Positions 40,207 to 49,854 of a stretch of 64,000 bases of DNA are shown one piece after another. Origin of the DNA: Candidatus Zixiibacteriota bacterium (GTDB taxonomy: Bacteria; Zixibacteria; MSB-5A5; JAABVY01); the NCBI GenBank assembly GCA_011056555.1, contig DSEQ01000025.1, forward strand, positions 3,736 through 67,735, in the 5' to 3' direction. The position numbers and the translations under genes are program-made. The first letter of the stretch is position 1, and every line of letters begins with the position of its first letter. The notes under the pieces are model-generated. The model was given only the letters and a program-made list of their open reading frames with translations, made no database searches and was not told the origin of the DNA.

Positions 40207-41073
40207 TCAATACTCTCGCCTGGTGAAGATTTCTTTAATATCGGAGTACCTGAATACAGGGCCGTCTTTGCAGACGAATAACGGACCCATCTGGCAGTGT
40301 CCGCACAGGCCGATTCCGCATTTCATATTTCTTTCCATGGACACATAGATGTCCGCGGGTTCCACGCCACGTTTCTGGAGCCCCAGCGCGCTGAAGCGCA
40401 TCATGATCTCCGGCCCGCAGACCATAGCTGTGCAGTTTAGATGATCGAACGGCGCCCTTCCGATCAGATTGGTCACCACGCCGACATTACCGCGCCAGGA
40501 GCCAGTTCCGCGATCGACAGTTATATGAACTTCGAGGTCAAGACGGGATCGCCACTTTTCCAGTTCCTTTTGGTACAGGATATCGCTGGGAGTTCTGGCT
40601 CCGTATAACAATACGATCTTGCCGTAATTCTCTCTGTGTGCCAGGAGGTAATACATTACCGGGCGCAACGGGGCCATACCGATACCGCCGGCCACCAGGA
40701 CAACATCATTACCCTCGGCCTCTTCCACCGGCCAGCTCGTGCCCAACGGCCCGCGTACTCCAAGAGTGCGGCCCGATTTCAGGCTGTCCATAGCCTTGGT
40801 GACATTACCGACCGCACGGGTTGTATGCACCAGCTTCTCCGGTCTGGTAGGATCGCCGCTGATCGAAATCGGCACCTCCCCCACACCGAAGACATAGATC
40901 ATATTGAACTGCCCGGGCTTAAAATCGAACTTTTTCGGTCCGGAGACAGGCTTCAGTTCCATGGAAAATGTATCCACGGTATCGCGTCTGAAGCGCTGAA
41001 TCATGAACTGCCGGGGCATCATCGGATCATCTTTAAATCCGATTGCCTTTTTATTCTTTTGTATTTCCGCCAT
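40207..41073 (-). CDS. hydG: Group 3b hydrogenase gamma subunit (FAD/NAD(P)-binding, 2Fe-2S)
   Basis: [40 protein letters not shown]...CKDGP. Confidence 0.92.
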   Translation of the reverse strand: MAEIQKNKKAIGFKDDPMMPRQFMIQRFRRDTVDTFSMELKPVSGPKKFDFKPGQFNMIYVFGVGEVPISISGDPTRPEKLVHTTRAVGNVTKAMDSLKSGRTLGVRGPLGTSWPVEEAEGNDVVLVAGGIGMAPLRPVMYYLLAHRENYGKIVLLYGARTPSDILYQKELEKWRSRLDLEVHITVDRGTGSWRGNVGVVTNLIGRAPFDHLNCTAMVCGPEIMMRFSALGLQKRGVEPADIYVSMERNMKCGIGLCGHCQMGPLFVCKDGPVFRYSDIKEIFTRREY

Positions 41074-41518
41074 ACACATCAAATAGTTGCATTCGGGTTG
41101 CTTCCAGGCGCTGGGCCATGAGTCTGGCAAAACGCCTCATTAATTCATAACCGAGCTCGTGATCTTCATCCATTTTACCGCGCAGGCATTTACCGTCCAA
41201 TGCGATCGCTCTGGTTAATTCGACCGCGCGAGCGTCGAAATGCCAGCGATAGGGCGGTATCAACCATGACCAACCGGTGACATCCCCGGTTTCACGGGTC
41301 TGAATCGCTATCGGACCTTTTTGCGGGATATAAGTTTCAATTATAATCTTACCGTGCCTGATAAAATAGAAATGGTTAGCCTCGTCCCCTTCACGGAAAA
41401 GAAATTCATCCTTCTTGAAAACAACATTGGAGCCGCAGCCGGTAATAAAATCGATATGCCGTTGCTCCAATCCCTCCAGGAATGGATGCTCTTTTAGTAC
41501 TTTTGCCAGAGATTCCAT
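41051..41518 (-). CDS. Stand-alone cyclic-nucleotide-binding (Crp-type effector) domain protein
   Basis: LFREGDEA..FY.I..G, G...GWSW...PY.W.F.ARA; too short to carry an HTH. Confidence 0.88.
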   Translation of the reverse strand: MESLAKVLKEHPFLEGLEQRHIDFITGCGSNVVFKKDEFLFREGDEANHFYFIRHGKIIIETYIPQKGPIAIQTRETGDVTGWSWLIPPYRWHFDARAVELTRAIALDGKCLRGKMDEDHELGYELMRRFARLMAQRLEATRMQLFDVYGGNTKE

Positions 41519-41522
41519 AAAT

Positions 41523-42659
41523 CTATTCCTCTTTATCTGCCATTATTTTGCCTTTTCCTTCACTTTCCCTGATGGCCTGAACTTCCTCGGTAATATCGAT
41601 TCCCACCGGGCACCAGGTAATGCATCTGCCGCAACCGACACAGCCCGACATCCCGAATTGATCGATCCAACTCGCCAGTTTGTGAGTCAGCCATTGACGA
41701 TACCGAGCCTTGGCTGAAGTGCGCACACTTCCTCCGTATATATAGGAATGATCCAGTGTAAAACATGAATCCCATTTGCGCACACGTTTGGCCGAATTGA
41801 CCTCGAGGCCGGAGATGTCCTCGATGTTTATGCAGAAACAGGTTGGGCACACTAAAGTGCAATTGCCGCAATTCAAACATCTCTGCGCAACTACTTCCCA
41901 GCGGGAACTCTCGAAATTGCGGTAAAGCAGCTCCTTTATGTCGTCTGTATCGAGCCGCCGGCCCATTTTATTCTCGGCCTCTTTCATCAGCCGGTCGGCT
42001 GTCTCGATCGCATTTTGATCAGCTTCTTTGCCCTTGATCTCCTTCATGATTTTTTCGCCGGCCTTTGTACCGGATTCAATCAAGAAATAGTGACCGCTGT
42101 TGTCAACAATTTCCGTGATCGCCAGGTCAAATCCCTTGGTGGCCCTGGGACCAGTACCCATCGAGACACAGAAACAGGTGCCGCCCGGACGCACACAATT
42201 CACAGCAACAATGAAAATATTCTGTCGGCATCTTTCATAATCCGCATCCTTATACGGCCCTTCAAGAAGAATCTCATCCTGGATCCGGATCGCCTCGATT
42301 TCACAGGCGCGGACGCCGATAAATGCCCGTTTGTGGATTTCCTGCTTATTTTCCACAATCTCGAAGCCGTCACCTTTACGCTTCAGCTCAAACAGCTTCT
42401 TCTCAGGCGGATAAAGATATCTTTTCCAGGTATGCTGGCCGACAACATAATCAAAGTATTTCTTGCCGCCCGATTTTACCAGTCTATATCTTCCGCCGTC
42501 CTGTTCATCAGTATACCCAACCGGCAAATCATCCACGTTTGTAATTTCATCATATATAAGGGCCGAATTATCCAGGGTGGGACCGATTATTTGATATTTT
42601 TCTGAAATCAGCGTATCAAAAAGACTTTGCAGGTTACCACTTTCGAGAACCAGAATCAT
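41523..42659 (-). CDS. hydB: Group 3b hydrogenase beta subunit (4Fe-4S dicluster)
   Basis: GVRACE, CFC..MG, CLNCGNCTLVCPTCFC, CVGCGRCITWCP. Confidence 0.92.
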   Translation of the reverse strand: MILVLESGNLQSLFDTLISEKYQIIGPTLDNSALIYDEITNVDDLPVGYTDEQDGGRYRLVKSGGKKYFDYVVGQHTWKRYLYPPEKKLFELKRKGDGFEIVENKQEIHKRAFIGVRACEIEAIRIQDEILLEGPYKDADYERCRQNIFIVAVNCVRPGGTCFCVSMGTGPRATKGFDLAITEIVDNSGHYFLIESGTKAGEKIMKEIKGKEADQNAIETADRLMKEAENKMGRRLDTDDIKELLYRNFESSRWEVVAQRCLNCGNCTLVCPTCFCINIEDISGLEVNSAKRVRKWDSCFTLDHSYIYGGSVRTSAKARYRQWLTHKLASWIDQFGMSGCVGCGRCITWCPVGIDITEEVQAIRESEGKGKIMADKEE

Positions 42660-42680
42660 CCGCCAAATCCTTCAATCGAC

Positions 42681-42700
42681 ATTGTGATTTATTTCACAAT
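42681..42700. promoter_or_regulatory. Rex/Crp-like operator
   Basis: ATTGTGA-TTTATT-TCACAAT, one base from the Rex consensus TTGTGAA-N4-TTCACAA, just downstream of the predicted start site. Confidence 0.75.
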
Positions 42701-42708
42701 TTATACTC

Positions 42709-42761
42709 AAAATATGATTGTATTCATTGACTGTCAAGAAGAAAAATAGATTAATCTATTT
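42709..42761 (-). promoter_or_regulatory. Hydrogenase promoter with upstream 18-bp palindrome
   Basis: -35 TTGACA (42737-42732), 17 nt, -10 TATTTT (42714-42709); perfect palindrome AAATAGATTAATCTATTT (42744-42761). Confidence 0.65.
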
Positions 42762-42812
42762 CATGCTGTATCTGTTAGATACCGCATTCATGAGCTCACG
42801 GCAACAAGAACT

Positions 42813-43472
42813 TTAAATTATTCTTAGACCGGAAATTTTTACAGCCCCGCGATGATAACCATCGGGAAATAGTCTCTCAAGATCATCCAGATCGATTTTA
42901 TTATCTTCGCAGGTCTCATAAACGGTCGGAATCTCATTCTTTTTGGCAAACCTGTCTCGCAGATAATGTATTATCTGCCAGTGCCTTTCGGACAGTTTGC
43001 CGCCTGGGATTTTCATATCTGCAGCGCGATGGGCGGCCTAAAATTCATCCCAGTCATCGGGGTTGACCAAGAATCCGCGCACATCAACCTGGTATACTTT
43101 TTCGGTGGCAATCACATCGTAATCTTTTTCGGTCGTGGGCATGAAATTCTGGCCGAGATAACCCTGTTTATAGGTTACTCCCGCAATCCTGCAGGCCCCG
43201 CGAAGATAGCCGGATGGAAACAGTCGCAGCAGGTCACTGAGACCAAGTTTGCACATGCGGCATGTCTCATAAACTGTCGGGCATTTCCCTTTTTCTTGAA
43301 ACTCAAGCCTGACGTAATAAATCACATCCCAGTGCTCCTCGGTCAACTTGGGAGGCATGCCGAGCTGCATGGCAGTCCATTCGGCAAAATCCTCGTCCCA
43401 GATGAAGAAATCGATCAGAAAATCATGAGAGTCAACCGAGTAAGTCTTATCCTTATAATTTACAATGCTCAT
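42813..43472 (-). pseudogene. Double TusE/DsrC-domain protein, paralog 2, with an in-frame TAG at 43040-43038
   Basis: AAGGAG RBS, ATG 43472; two DsrC-like domains (VD..GFL....W, HW.II...R, LFP.GY.RGA..I.G); reads GAA TTT TAG GCC GCC CAT in frame into ORF 42813..43016. Confidence 0.85.
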
Positions 43473-43507
43473 GACTGGCTCCTTGTTAAAATCCGAAAAA
43501 CGCAGCA

Positions 43508-44165
43508 TTAAACCAGCCGCAAACCGGCTATTTTTATAATGCCGCGATGATAGCCATCCGGGAAGAGACTCTCGAGTTCGTCAAATTCAAGGTTAAATTC
43601 TTCACAAGTCCTGTAAACTGTGGGAATTCCCCCGAATTCCCTGAAATAGGCCCGCACAAAACGGATGATTCTCCAGTGCTGATCGGTCAATTTCCCGTCG
43701 GGAATCTGGCTTTCCATTGCCCGGTGCGAGGCAAAATCCTCATCCCAGTCATCAGGATTCATCAAGAATCCGTGGACGTCAATAACATAAGTCTTCTCTT
43801 CAACATGGACTTCCTCTTCCTCGACCTCCTCGTAAGGAATCCTTCCCAGATTGGTCTGCCTGTAGCTCAATCCGGCCAGCTTACAGGCCCCTCTCTGATA
43901 GCCGCTGGGGAAAAGCTGGCTGAGATCCTTCAGACGCAAATTATTTTTTTCTGCAGGTTTGATATAAGAGAGGACACTGGCCCGTCTCCTCAAAGTTTTT
44001 CCTTATGAACTTTATTACTTCCCAGTGCCGGCCCGTCAACCCGCCGTCAATTCCAAGGGATTGTGCTATACCTTCGGCGAAGACATCGTCCCACTCGTCA
44101 TAATTCTCGAGAAAACCGGATTGATCGACTTTATATGTCTTGCCCTTATAGCTAAATGTCCTCAT
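43508..44165 (-). pseudogene. Double TusE/DsrC-domain protein, paralog 1, with one extra base in an A7 run (43950-43944)
   Basis: AAGGAG RBS, ATG 44165; ORFs 43941..44165 and 43508..43993 join into one 219-codon frame if one A is removed from TGC AGA AAA AAA TAA. Confidence 0.85.
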
Positions 44166-44278
44166 ACAAGGCTCCTTGCTAAGATATTAGTTCACATGCA
44201 ACCATTTGTCTTATCCATTGGTCGTCATCCTACGTAGAATCTGTATTTTTGCTTTCTAAGTTAATATCCTGGTGCGTT

Positions 44279-44296
44279 ATGTGATAATTTTCACAT
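44279..44296. promoter_or_regulatory. Rex/Crp-like operator
   Basis: ATGTGA-TAATTT-TCACAT. Confidence 0.7.
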
Positions 44297-44305
44297 TCTA
44301 TAAAC

Positions 44306-44353
44306 AAACTATCACAATCCAGCCTTATGTCAAGCAAAAAGTAGATTACTCTA
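44306..44353 (-). promoter_or_regulatory. Promoter of the DsrC-like genes with upstream near-palindrome
   Basis: -35 TTGACA (44333-44328), 16 nt, -10 TAGTTT (44311-44306); TAGATTACTCTA at 44342-44353. Confidence 0.6.
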
Positions 44354-44374
44354 ATAATTTTTGATCAATATTTC

Positions 44375-45172
44375 TCAGCTTATCTTTTTTTGGTGTCTAT
44401 TGCAGAAATATCCGGTCCGCCCGGAGAATTTTCGGCTCTCGATTTTGCCCTTGCATTGGGGACATTTGCGACCCGCTTCTCGATTTGGTAAGAGATATGA
44501 CCGCGGCATCTTCTGCGGGTCAACTTCGGCTTCAACAGCTTTATTGAGAACTGTCTTAAGCGCTTTGAAGATCTTCTTAACCTCTTTGTTACCAAGCTTT
44601 TCTGTCCTGCTGGCGGGGTGAATACCGGCTCTGAAGAGGATTTCATCAGAATAAATATTGCCAATCCCGGCCATCGACTTCTGATCCATCAATGCCGATT
44701 TTACCAAGCCCCGCTTCTTATCCATAATTTCTTTGAACTTGCCCAAATCGAAATCATCTTTCAAAACATCCGGGCCGATATCGTTCTCCGCAGCAAAATC
44801 CTCTAACCCCTTCGCAATATCGACCTTTCCGAGCTTGCGCTGATTATCATAAGCCAGCTTATAGCCATTGGCGAAATTGAATATCACTCTTGCGTGATCG
44901 GGTTCCTGGTCTTCATTCTTGTAATATTTCAAGAAACCGGTCATACCGAAATGCAGCACCAGCCAGGCATTTTTTTCGAATCTGACAAACATGTACTTTC
45001 CCCGCCGCTCGGTTTCTTTGAACTTCCTGCCTTTCAATTTCATCTGCAGGCTGCGGGCGCTATGAGCACCAAGCACATCTTTGTCACGGACTTCGACCTT
45101 CTCGATCTTTCTATTCAATGCGGTCCTGTTAAGATATTTTCTAAAAACCTCGACGTCAGGTAATTCCGGCAT
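44375..45172 (-). CDS. Fpg/Nei family DNA glycosylase
   Basis: MPELPDVE, RRGKY, HFGMTG, H2TH AGIGNIYSDEILF, C-terminal zinc finger. Confidence 0.93.
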   Translation of the reverse strand: MPELPDVEVFRKYLNRTALNRKIEKVEVRDKDVLGAHSARSLQMKLKGRKFKETERRGKYMFVRFEKNAWLVLHFGMTGFLKYYKNEDQEPDHARVIFNFANGYKLAYDNQRKLGKVDIAKGLEDFAAENDIGPDVLKDDFDLGKFKEIMDKKRGLVKSALMDQKSMAGIGNIYSDEILFRAGIHPASRTEKLGNKEVKKIFKALKTVLNKAVEAEVDPQKMPRSYLLPNREAGRKCPQCKGKIESRKFSGRTGYFCNRHQKKIS

Positions 45173-45195
45173 TATTCAACCCTCCCCTCGATTAT

Positions 45196-45918
45196 TCATC
45201 TCAGTAAAATTTCCATACCATCGTAAGCTATTTCAGCTTCGACCCTGCGTTCAGGGGCCATTTCACGGATTTTCTTTCCCAGTTTGCGCTCATCCCCCTT
45301 GATGATCTCGGAACCGCAATGGGTTATTATCATTTTGGGCACGCCTTCTTTCCGGCACCATGTCAATTGCGTCCGAATCGGCGTGTGTCCAATTAGAGTG
45401 TCGCCGCGTTTGCGGACAAAGGAGCGCCTGATAGTGGCGCCATCGCCGATATAAAGCGCCGCTCCCTCGAGGGCTTCTTTTCGGTCATAGATATAAACCA
45501 GATCAGGGGCATAGAATACCGTATGTTTTCCGGCTTTGACACGATACCCGACTGCCGGTGCTTTTATCGAATGCTCGACAGGAAAAGCCTCGAATGATAT
45601 TCCCCGCACATTAAACTTTTTCCGATGTCCGACTTTTTCCAGCTTATCTATTTTATATTTTTTAATTTCCGAATATGCATCTTCGGGAGCATAGACCGGA
45701 CACGGAGCACCTTCCTTTAAGCCGAAGGAATGATCCGGATGGGCATGGGTAATTACTATCGCATGCGGATTCAAATCATATACCTTGTTTTTCCAGTCCT
45801 CGCCGCAGTCGATCAGGACGTTTTTACCTTTGAAGGAGACCATCAGGTTGGTGTGTCTGCGATGACGGCTTGTTTTGGCTTCGATATTTCCTCTTGTACC
45901 AAGGAATGTCAGCTTCAT
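45196..45918 (-). CDS. MBL-fold metallohydrolase
   Basis: LTFLGT, LIDCG, THAHPDH, VEH, ITH. Confidence 0.88.
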   Translation of the reverse strand: MKLTFLGTRGNIEAKTSRHRRHTNLMVSFKGKNVLIDCGEDWKNKVYDLNPHAIVITHAHPDHSFGLKEGAPCPVYAPEDAYSEIKKYKIDKLEKVGHRKKFNVRGISFEAFPVEHSIKAPAVGYRVKAGKHTVFYAPDLVYIYDRKEALEGAALYIGDGATIRRSFVRKRGDTLIGHTPIRTQLTWCRKEGVPKMIITHCGSEIIKGDERKLGKKIREMAPERRVEAEIAYDGMEILLR

Positions 45919-45936
45919 CAGTCCGTACCAATCAGT

Positions 45937-47073
45937 TTATCCCAGTTCCTCTTCCAGGTCCATCTTCATATTCAGGAATTCCAGCATATCTTTCAAGGTC
46001 AGGACACCTACAAGATTGCCGTTCTCCACAACCATCAGCCTGGTCTTTTGATTCTTTCTCATGCGCGAGAGCGCCTCGACCGCATCGGTATCGGGGCTGA
46101 TTGTATTACTGTCTGAGCACTCATCTATGATTTCGGATACCTTATGCCTGTCGCGCTCTTCCTTCTTGATGTTTTTGACATCATTGATTGTGACACAGCC
46201 CCTCAGGCGGTTGTCTTCCTGAACAGGGAACATCTTATGATGATATCTATAAATATAATCCTCAACCAGATCATCAACCGCAAGATCGGGAGTGACCGTA
46301 ATCGGGTCTTTCTTCATGAAGCGGCTGACCTTCTCGCCCTCCAGAGCCTGCCGGACCAGGAGCTGCTGATATGATGACTGCGACGCTCCCCTGATGAACA
46401 AACCTATCAGAAAAATCCAGATACCTCCAATGAAATTGCCGCTGACAATATTGACCACACCCAGGATCAGAAGCAGGAACCCAAATCCGGAGCCTATTTT
46501 CGAGGCTATAGAGGTGGCTTTCCTCAGATTCTTCTTGGTGGCCCAGAGAATTGATCTGAGAATTCTCCCTCCGTCCAGAGGAAATGCGGGTATCAGGTTA
46601 AAACCGGCCAGCACAAGATTTATGAACCCAAGATAATTTATCACTCCGCCTACCGGGCTCTGACTCAGCGCGCCATGCCAGGCATAATACACTCCGAGGC
46701 AGATCAGTCCAATAATAATGCTGGTTATCGGCCCTATCACGGCCATATAGATTTCCGATTTCGGATTCTGCGGCTCCTCGGTCATCTCGGCCATACCGCC
46801 GAATATGAACAGGGTGATGCCATGCATGGGGATCCCATGCCTCCTTGCTACCAGAGAATGCGCAAGTTCATGAAAAACGACAGAAAAGAAAAGCCCGATT
46901 GTTCCGGCCGCACCCATCCACCAGTAGATCGAAGTGGAAAAACCCTCATACATTGCCGGGAATAGTCCCGCCGCCAGTGACCAGGTAATCAAGAGCGCCA
47001 GAATAAGCCATGACCAGTCCAGCTTTACTTCAAAACCGAATATTGTGAATAGTCTTATGCCCTTGCCAAACAA
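45937..47073 (-). CDS. Site-2 protease (M50) with CBS pair
   Basis: HELAH, FNLIPAFPLDGG, two C-terminal CBS domains. Confidence 0.93.
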   Translation of the reverse strand: MFGKGIRLFTIFGFEVKLDWSWLILALLITWSLAAGLFPAMYEGFSTSIYWWMGAAGTIGLFFSVVFHELAHSLVARRHGIPMHGITLFIFGGMAEMTEEPQNPKSEIYMAVIGPITSIIIGLICLGVYYAWHGALSQSPVGGVINYLGFINLVLAGFNLIPAFPLDGGRILRSILWATKKNLRKATSIASKIGSGFGFLLLILGVVNIVSGNFIGGIWIFLIGLFIRGASQSSYQQLLVRQALEGEKVSRFMKKDPITVTPDLAVDDLVEDYIYRYHHKMFPVQEDNRLRGCVTINDVKNIKKEERDRHKVSEIIDECSDSNTISPDTDAVEALSRMRKNQKTRLMVVENGNLVGVLTLKDMLEFLNMKMDLEEELG

Positions 47074-47131
47074 TTTAATCTCCTTTATAGCTTTGAGTTG
47101 GTTTCTTTACTATAGGAAATGGCCGTCAGCT

Positions 47132-49519
47132 TTACTCCAATCCTTTTTCCACATCAGCTATACGTTTGATTGTATTTATCACGCTGTCGGGATTGAGGGA
47201 AATCGAGTCGATTCCCTCGCGTACCAGAAATTCCGCAAATTCAAGGTAATCGCTGGGCGCCTGACCGCAGATTCCCACCTCGCAATCATGTTTATTGGCG
47301 CGCTCGATGAGCTGCGAAATAAAAACCTTTACAGCATTGTTGCGTTCATCAAAAAGGCTGCTCAATTCAGCCGAATCCCGATCGATCCCCAGGACAAGCT
47401 GGGTAAGATCGTTGGAACCGATCGAGAAACCGTCGAATCTCTGGGCGAATTCCTCCGCCAGAATCACATTGGATGGTATCTCGCACATCACATAAATTTT
47501 CAGGGCGCTTTGGCCTCGCTCCAGATCATAATCTGAAAGAACCGAGAGGATTTTATCGGCCTCCTCGACTGTTCTGCAGAACGGGATCATGATAGCCACG
47601 TTTTCCATGCCGATCTCTTCCCGCACTTTTTTTATTGCCTTGCATTCCAGCGCAAAGGCCTCGCGGTATTTTTCGCTGTAATAGCGCGAGGCGCCACGGA
47701 AGCCGAGCATGGGATTCTCTTCATCCGGTTCAAACTGTTTTCCCCCGATCAGGTCAGCATATTCATTGGATTTGAAATCGCTCATTCGCACAATCACCTG
47801 TTTGGGATATTGCGAAGCCGCGATTTTGGCAATTCCCCGCGCCAGGTGATCGATGAAATACTGCGGTTTGGAATCATATCCTTTGGTAAGATCACGGATC
47901 GTCTTTTTGGCATCCTTGTCTTTCAGGTCATCGTAATGTAAGAGCGCCAGGGGATGAATTTTGATTACATTATTAATAATGAATTCCATCCTCGCCAAGC
48001 CGATACCGTCCGCCGGAAGGCGCCACCATCTGAAGGCCGCTCCCGGACTGGCAATGTTCATCTTGATTTTTGTTTTGGTCTCAGGAATTTCTTTCAGATC
48101 TATGGTCGATTCCTCAAATTCCAGGATACCGTCATATACCACCCCGCGCTCATTGTCCGTGCAGGAAATTGTAATTTCCTGATTATCCTCTATCTTTTCC
48201 GTAGCTTCCTCGGTTCCGACAACAGCAGGGATACTGAGTTCACGGCTGACGATTGCCGCATGTGATGTGCGGCCGCCATAATCAGTGACGATTCCGGCCG
48301 CTTTCTTCATAATCGGTACCCAGTCCGGGTCGGTCATGCCGGTGATTAAGATCGATCCCTCCTTAAATTTGTCAATATCGTCAGCATCCCTTATAACCTG
48401 CGCTTTGGCCGCAGCGATCGCCTCGCCGATGCTCAGGCCGGAAAGAATTTCTTTTCCCCCCTCCTTCAACTCATAAGCCTTCATCGAGCCCGCCTCTTTT
48501 TGAGACTGCACAGTTTCCGGGCGGGCCTGGACAATATAGAGCTTGCCGTTCTGACCATCTTTGGCCCATTCAATATCCATGGGCTGGCCATAATGTTTTT
48601 CGATTTCTACCGCCCATTCAGCGAGTGTCAGGATCTCTTCATCCTCCAGCACAAAGCTGCTTCGCTCTTTTTTTGTAGCGTTGATATTCTTTGTGGTGCT
48701 GCTGCGGGCATAGACCATTTTCTTCTCTTTATCGCCCAGTATCTTATCAATAATCGGGTTATAGCTGTCCCGGCCCAGAAGGGGTTTGAAGACCTGATAT
48801 TCGTCCGGATTGATACTTCCCTGTACAACATTTTCGCCCAGTCCCCAGGCGGCATTGATCACAACCATATCCTCAAAACCGGTCTCGGTGTCAATTGAAA
48901 ACATTACCCCTGAGCCGGCTTTGTCCGAACGGACCATGCGCTGGACGCCGATGGAAAGAGCAACCTTCTTATGATCAAAGCCTTTTTCTTCACGATAGCT
49001 TATGGCCCGGTTTGTAAAAAGCGAGGCATAACAGCTCTTGCATGCTTCCAGAAGATCCTCCTCTCCGCTGACATTCAGATATGTCTCCTGCTGGCCAGCG
49101 AAACTGGCATGCGGAAGATCTTCGGCGGTTGCGCTGCTCCTTACCGCCACGCTGATATCCTGATTCCCGTTGCGGTTGCGTAATTCATTGAAGGCGCTGA
49201 TGATCTCTTCTGCAATACCATTGGGGAACTCACCCTTTCGAAACATCATCCGGATCGATTTTCCCACTTTGCTGAGATTGCCGCCATCTTCTTTCAACTC
49301 CTTCAGCCTGGCGTCCATTTTCTCACTGATTTCATTTTCTTCCAGGTATTTGCGGTAAGCCTCGGCGGTAGTGGCGAAACCATCCGGAACCCTGACGCCG
49401 CGCTCTTTAAGATTGCTTATCATCTCACCCAGAGAAGCGTTCTTGCCTCCCACGATGGAAACATCATCGGAGCTCAAATCATCAAACAATCGAATGTATT
49501 GGCCGCTTTCTTTGTTCAT
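47132..49519 (-). CDS. ppsA: Phosphoenolpyruvate synthase
   Basis: VGGKNASLGEM, AVRSSATAEDL, SFAGQQET, GGRTSHAAIV, EENPMLGFRGA, SIGSNDLTQ. Confidence 0.96.
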   Translation of the reverse strand: MNKESGQYIRLFDDLSSDDVSIVGGKNASLGEMISNLKERGVRVPDGFATTAEAYRKYLEENEISEKMDARLKELKEDGGNLSKVGKSIRMMFRKGEFPNGIAEEIISAFNELRNRNGNQDISVAVRSSATAEDLPHASFAGQQETYLNVSGEEDLLEACKSCYASLFTNRAISYREEKGFDHKKVALSIGVQRMVRSDKAGSGVMFSIDTETGFEDMVVINAAWGLGENVVQGSINPDEYQVFKPLLGRDSYNPIIDKILGDKEKKMVYARSSTTKNINATKKERSSFVLEDEEILTLAEWAVEIEKHYGQPMDIEWAKDGQNGKLYIVQARPETVQSQKEAGSMKAYELKEGGKEILSGLSIGEAIAAAKAQVIRDADDIDKFKEGSILITGMTDPDWVPIMKKAAGIVTDYGGRTSHAAIVSRELSIPAVVGTEEATEKIEDNQEITISCTDNERGVVYDGILEFEESTIDLKEIPETKTKIKMNIASPGAAFRWWRLPADGIGLARMEFIINNVIKIHPLALLHYDDLKDKDAKKTIRDLTKGYDSKPQYFIDHLARGIAKIAASQYPKQVIVRMSDFKSNEYADLIGGKQFEPDEENPMLGFRGASRYYSEKYREAFALECKAIKKVREEIGMENVAIMIPFCRTVEEADKILSVLSDYDLERGQSALKIYVMCEIPSNVILAEEFAQRFDGFSIGSNDLTQLVLGIDRDSAELSSLFDERNNAVKVFISQLIERANKHDCEVGICGQAPSDYLEFAEFLVREGIDSISLNPDSVINTIKRIADVEKGLE

Positions 49520-49854
49520 ATCCTCACCTCTTCCGTGGTAGCTTGAATTGGCCTTGAAGCTACCGGAGACAGCGTCTGAAAACAGGTTTAGCAAATCTCC
49601 GAACACCTCTATCCATAAAGCCCATTTTTAGCATGGCTCTTGATTGACACCCGATTCGAAACAGCAAAAATAATTCTGCTGCCCGCATTTTTATCAATCG
49701 ATTATCTTCAGAAAAATCAGATTTGATGATGTTGTTGGTGATATTGGCCCGGTTTCTAATTCCACTTTCGGTCTTATCAGTGCACAGTGAGATTCGTTGC
49801 ACTGCCAATCACCTCTTCCGAACTGAAATACTGCCCGGGGCTTGATTTTATACG

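Noticed and set aside
43038-43040. Genome-wide TAG reassignment
   Set aside because: TAG ends several normal genes here at the expected C-terminus (626, 5255, 22924, 57330).
42813-44165. Evidence for dissimilatory sulfate reduction or tRNA-thiolation TusE
   Set aside because: The essential C-terminal CysA is absent and no dsrAB or tusBCD genes are in the window.
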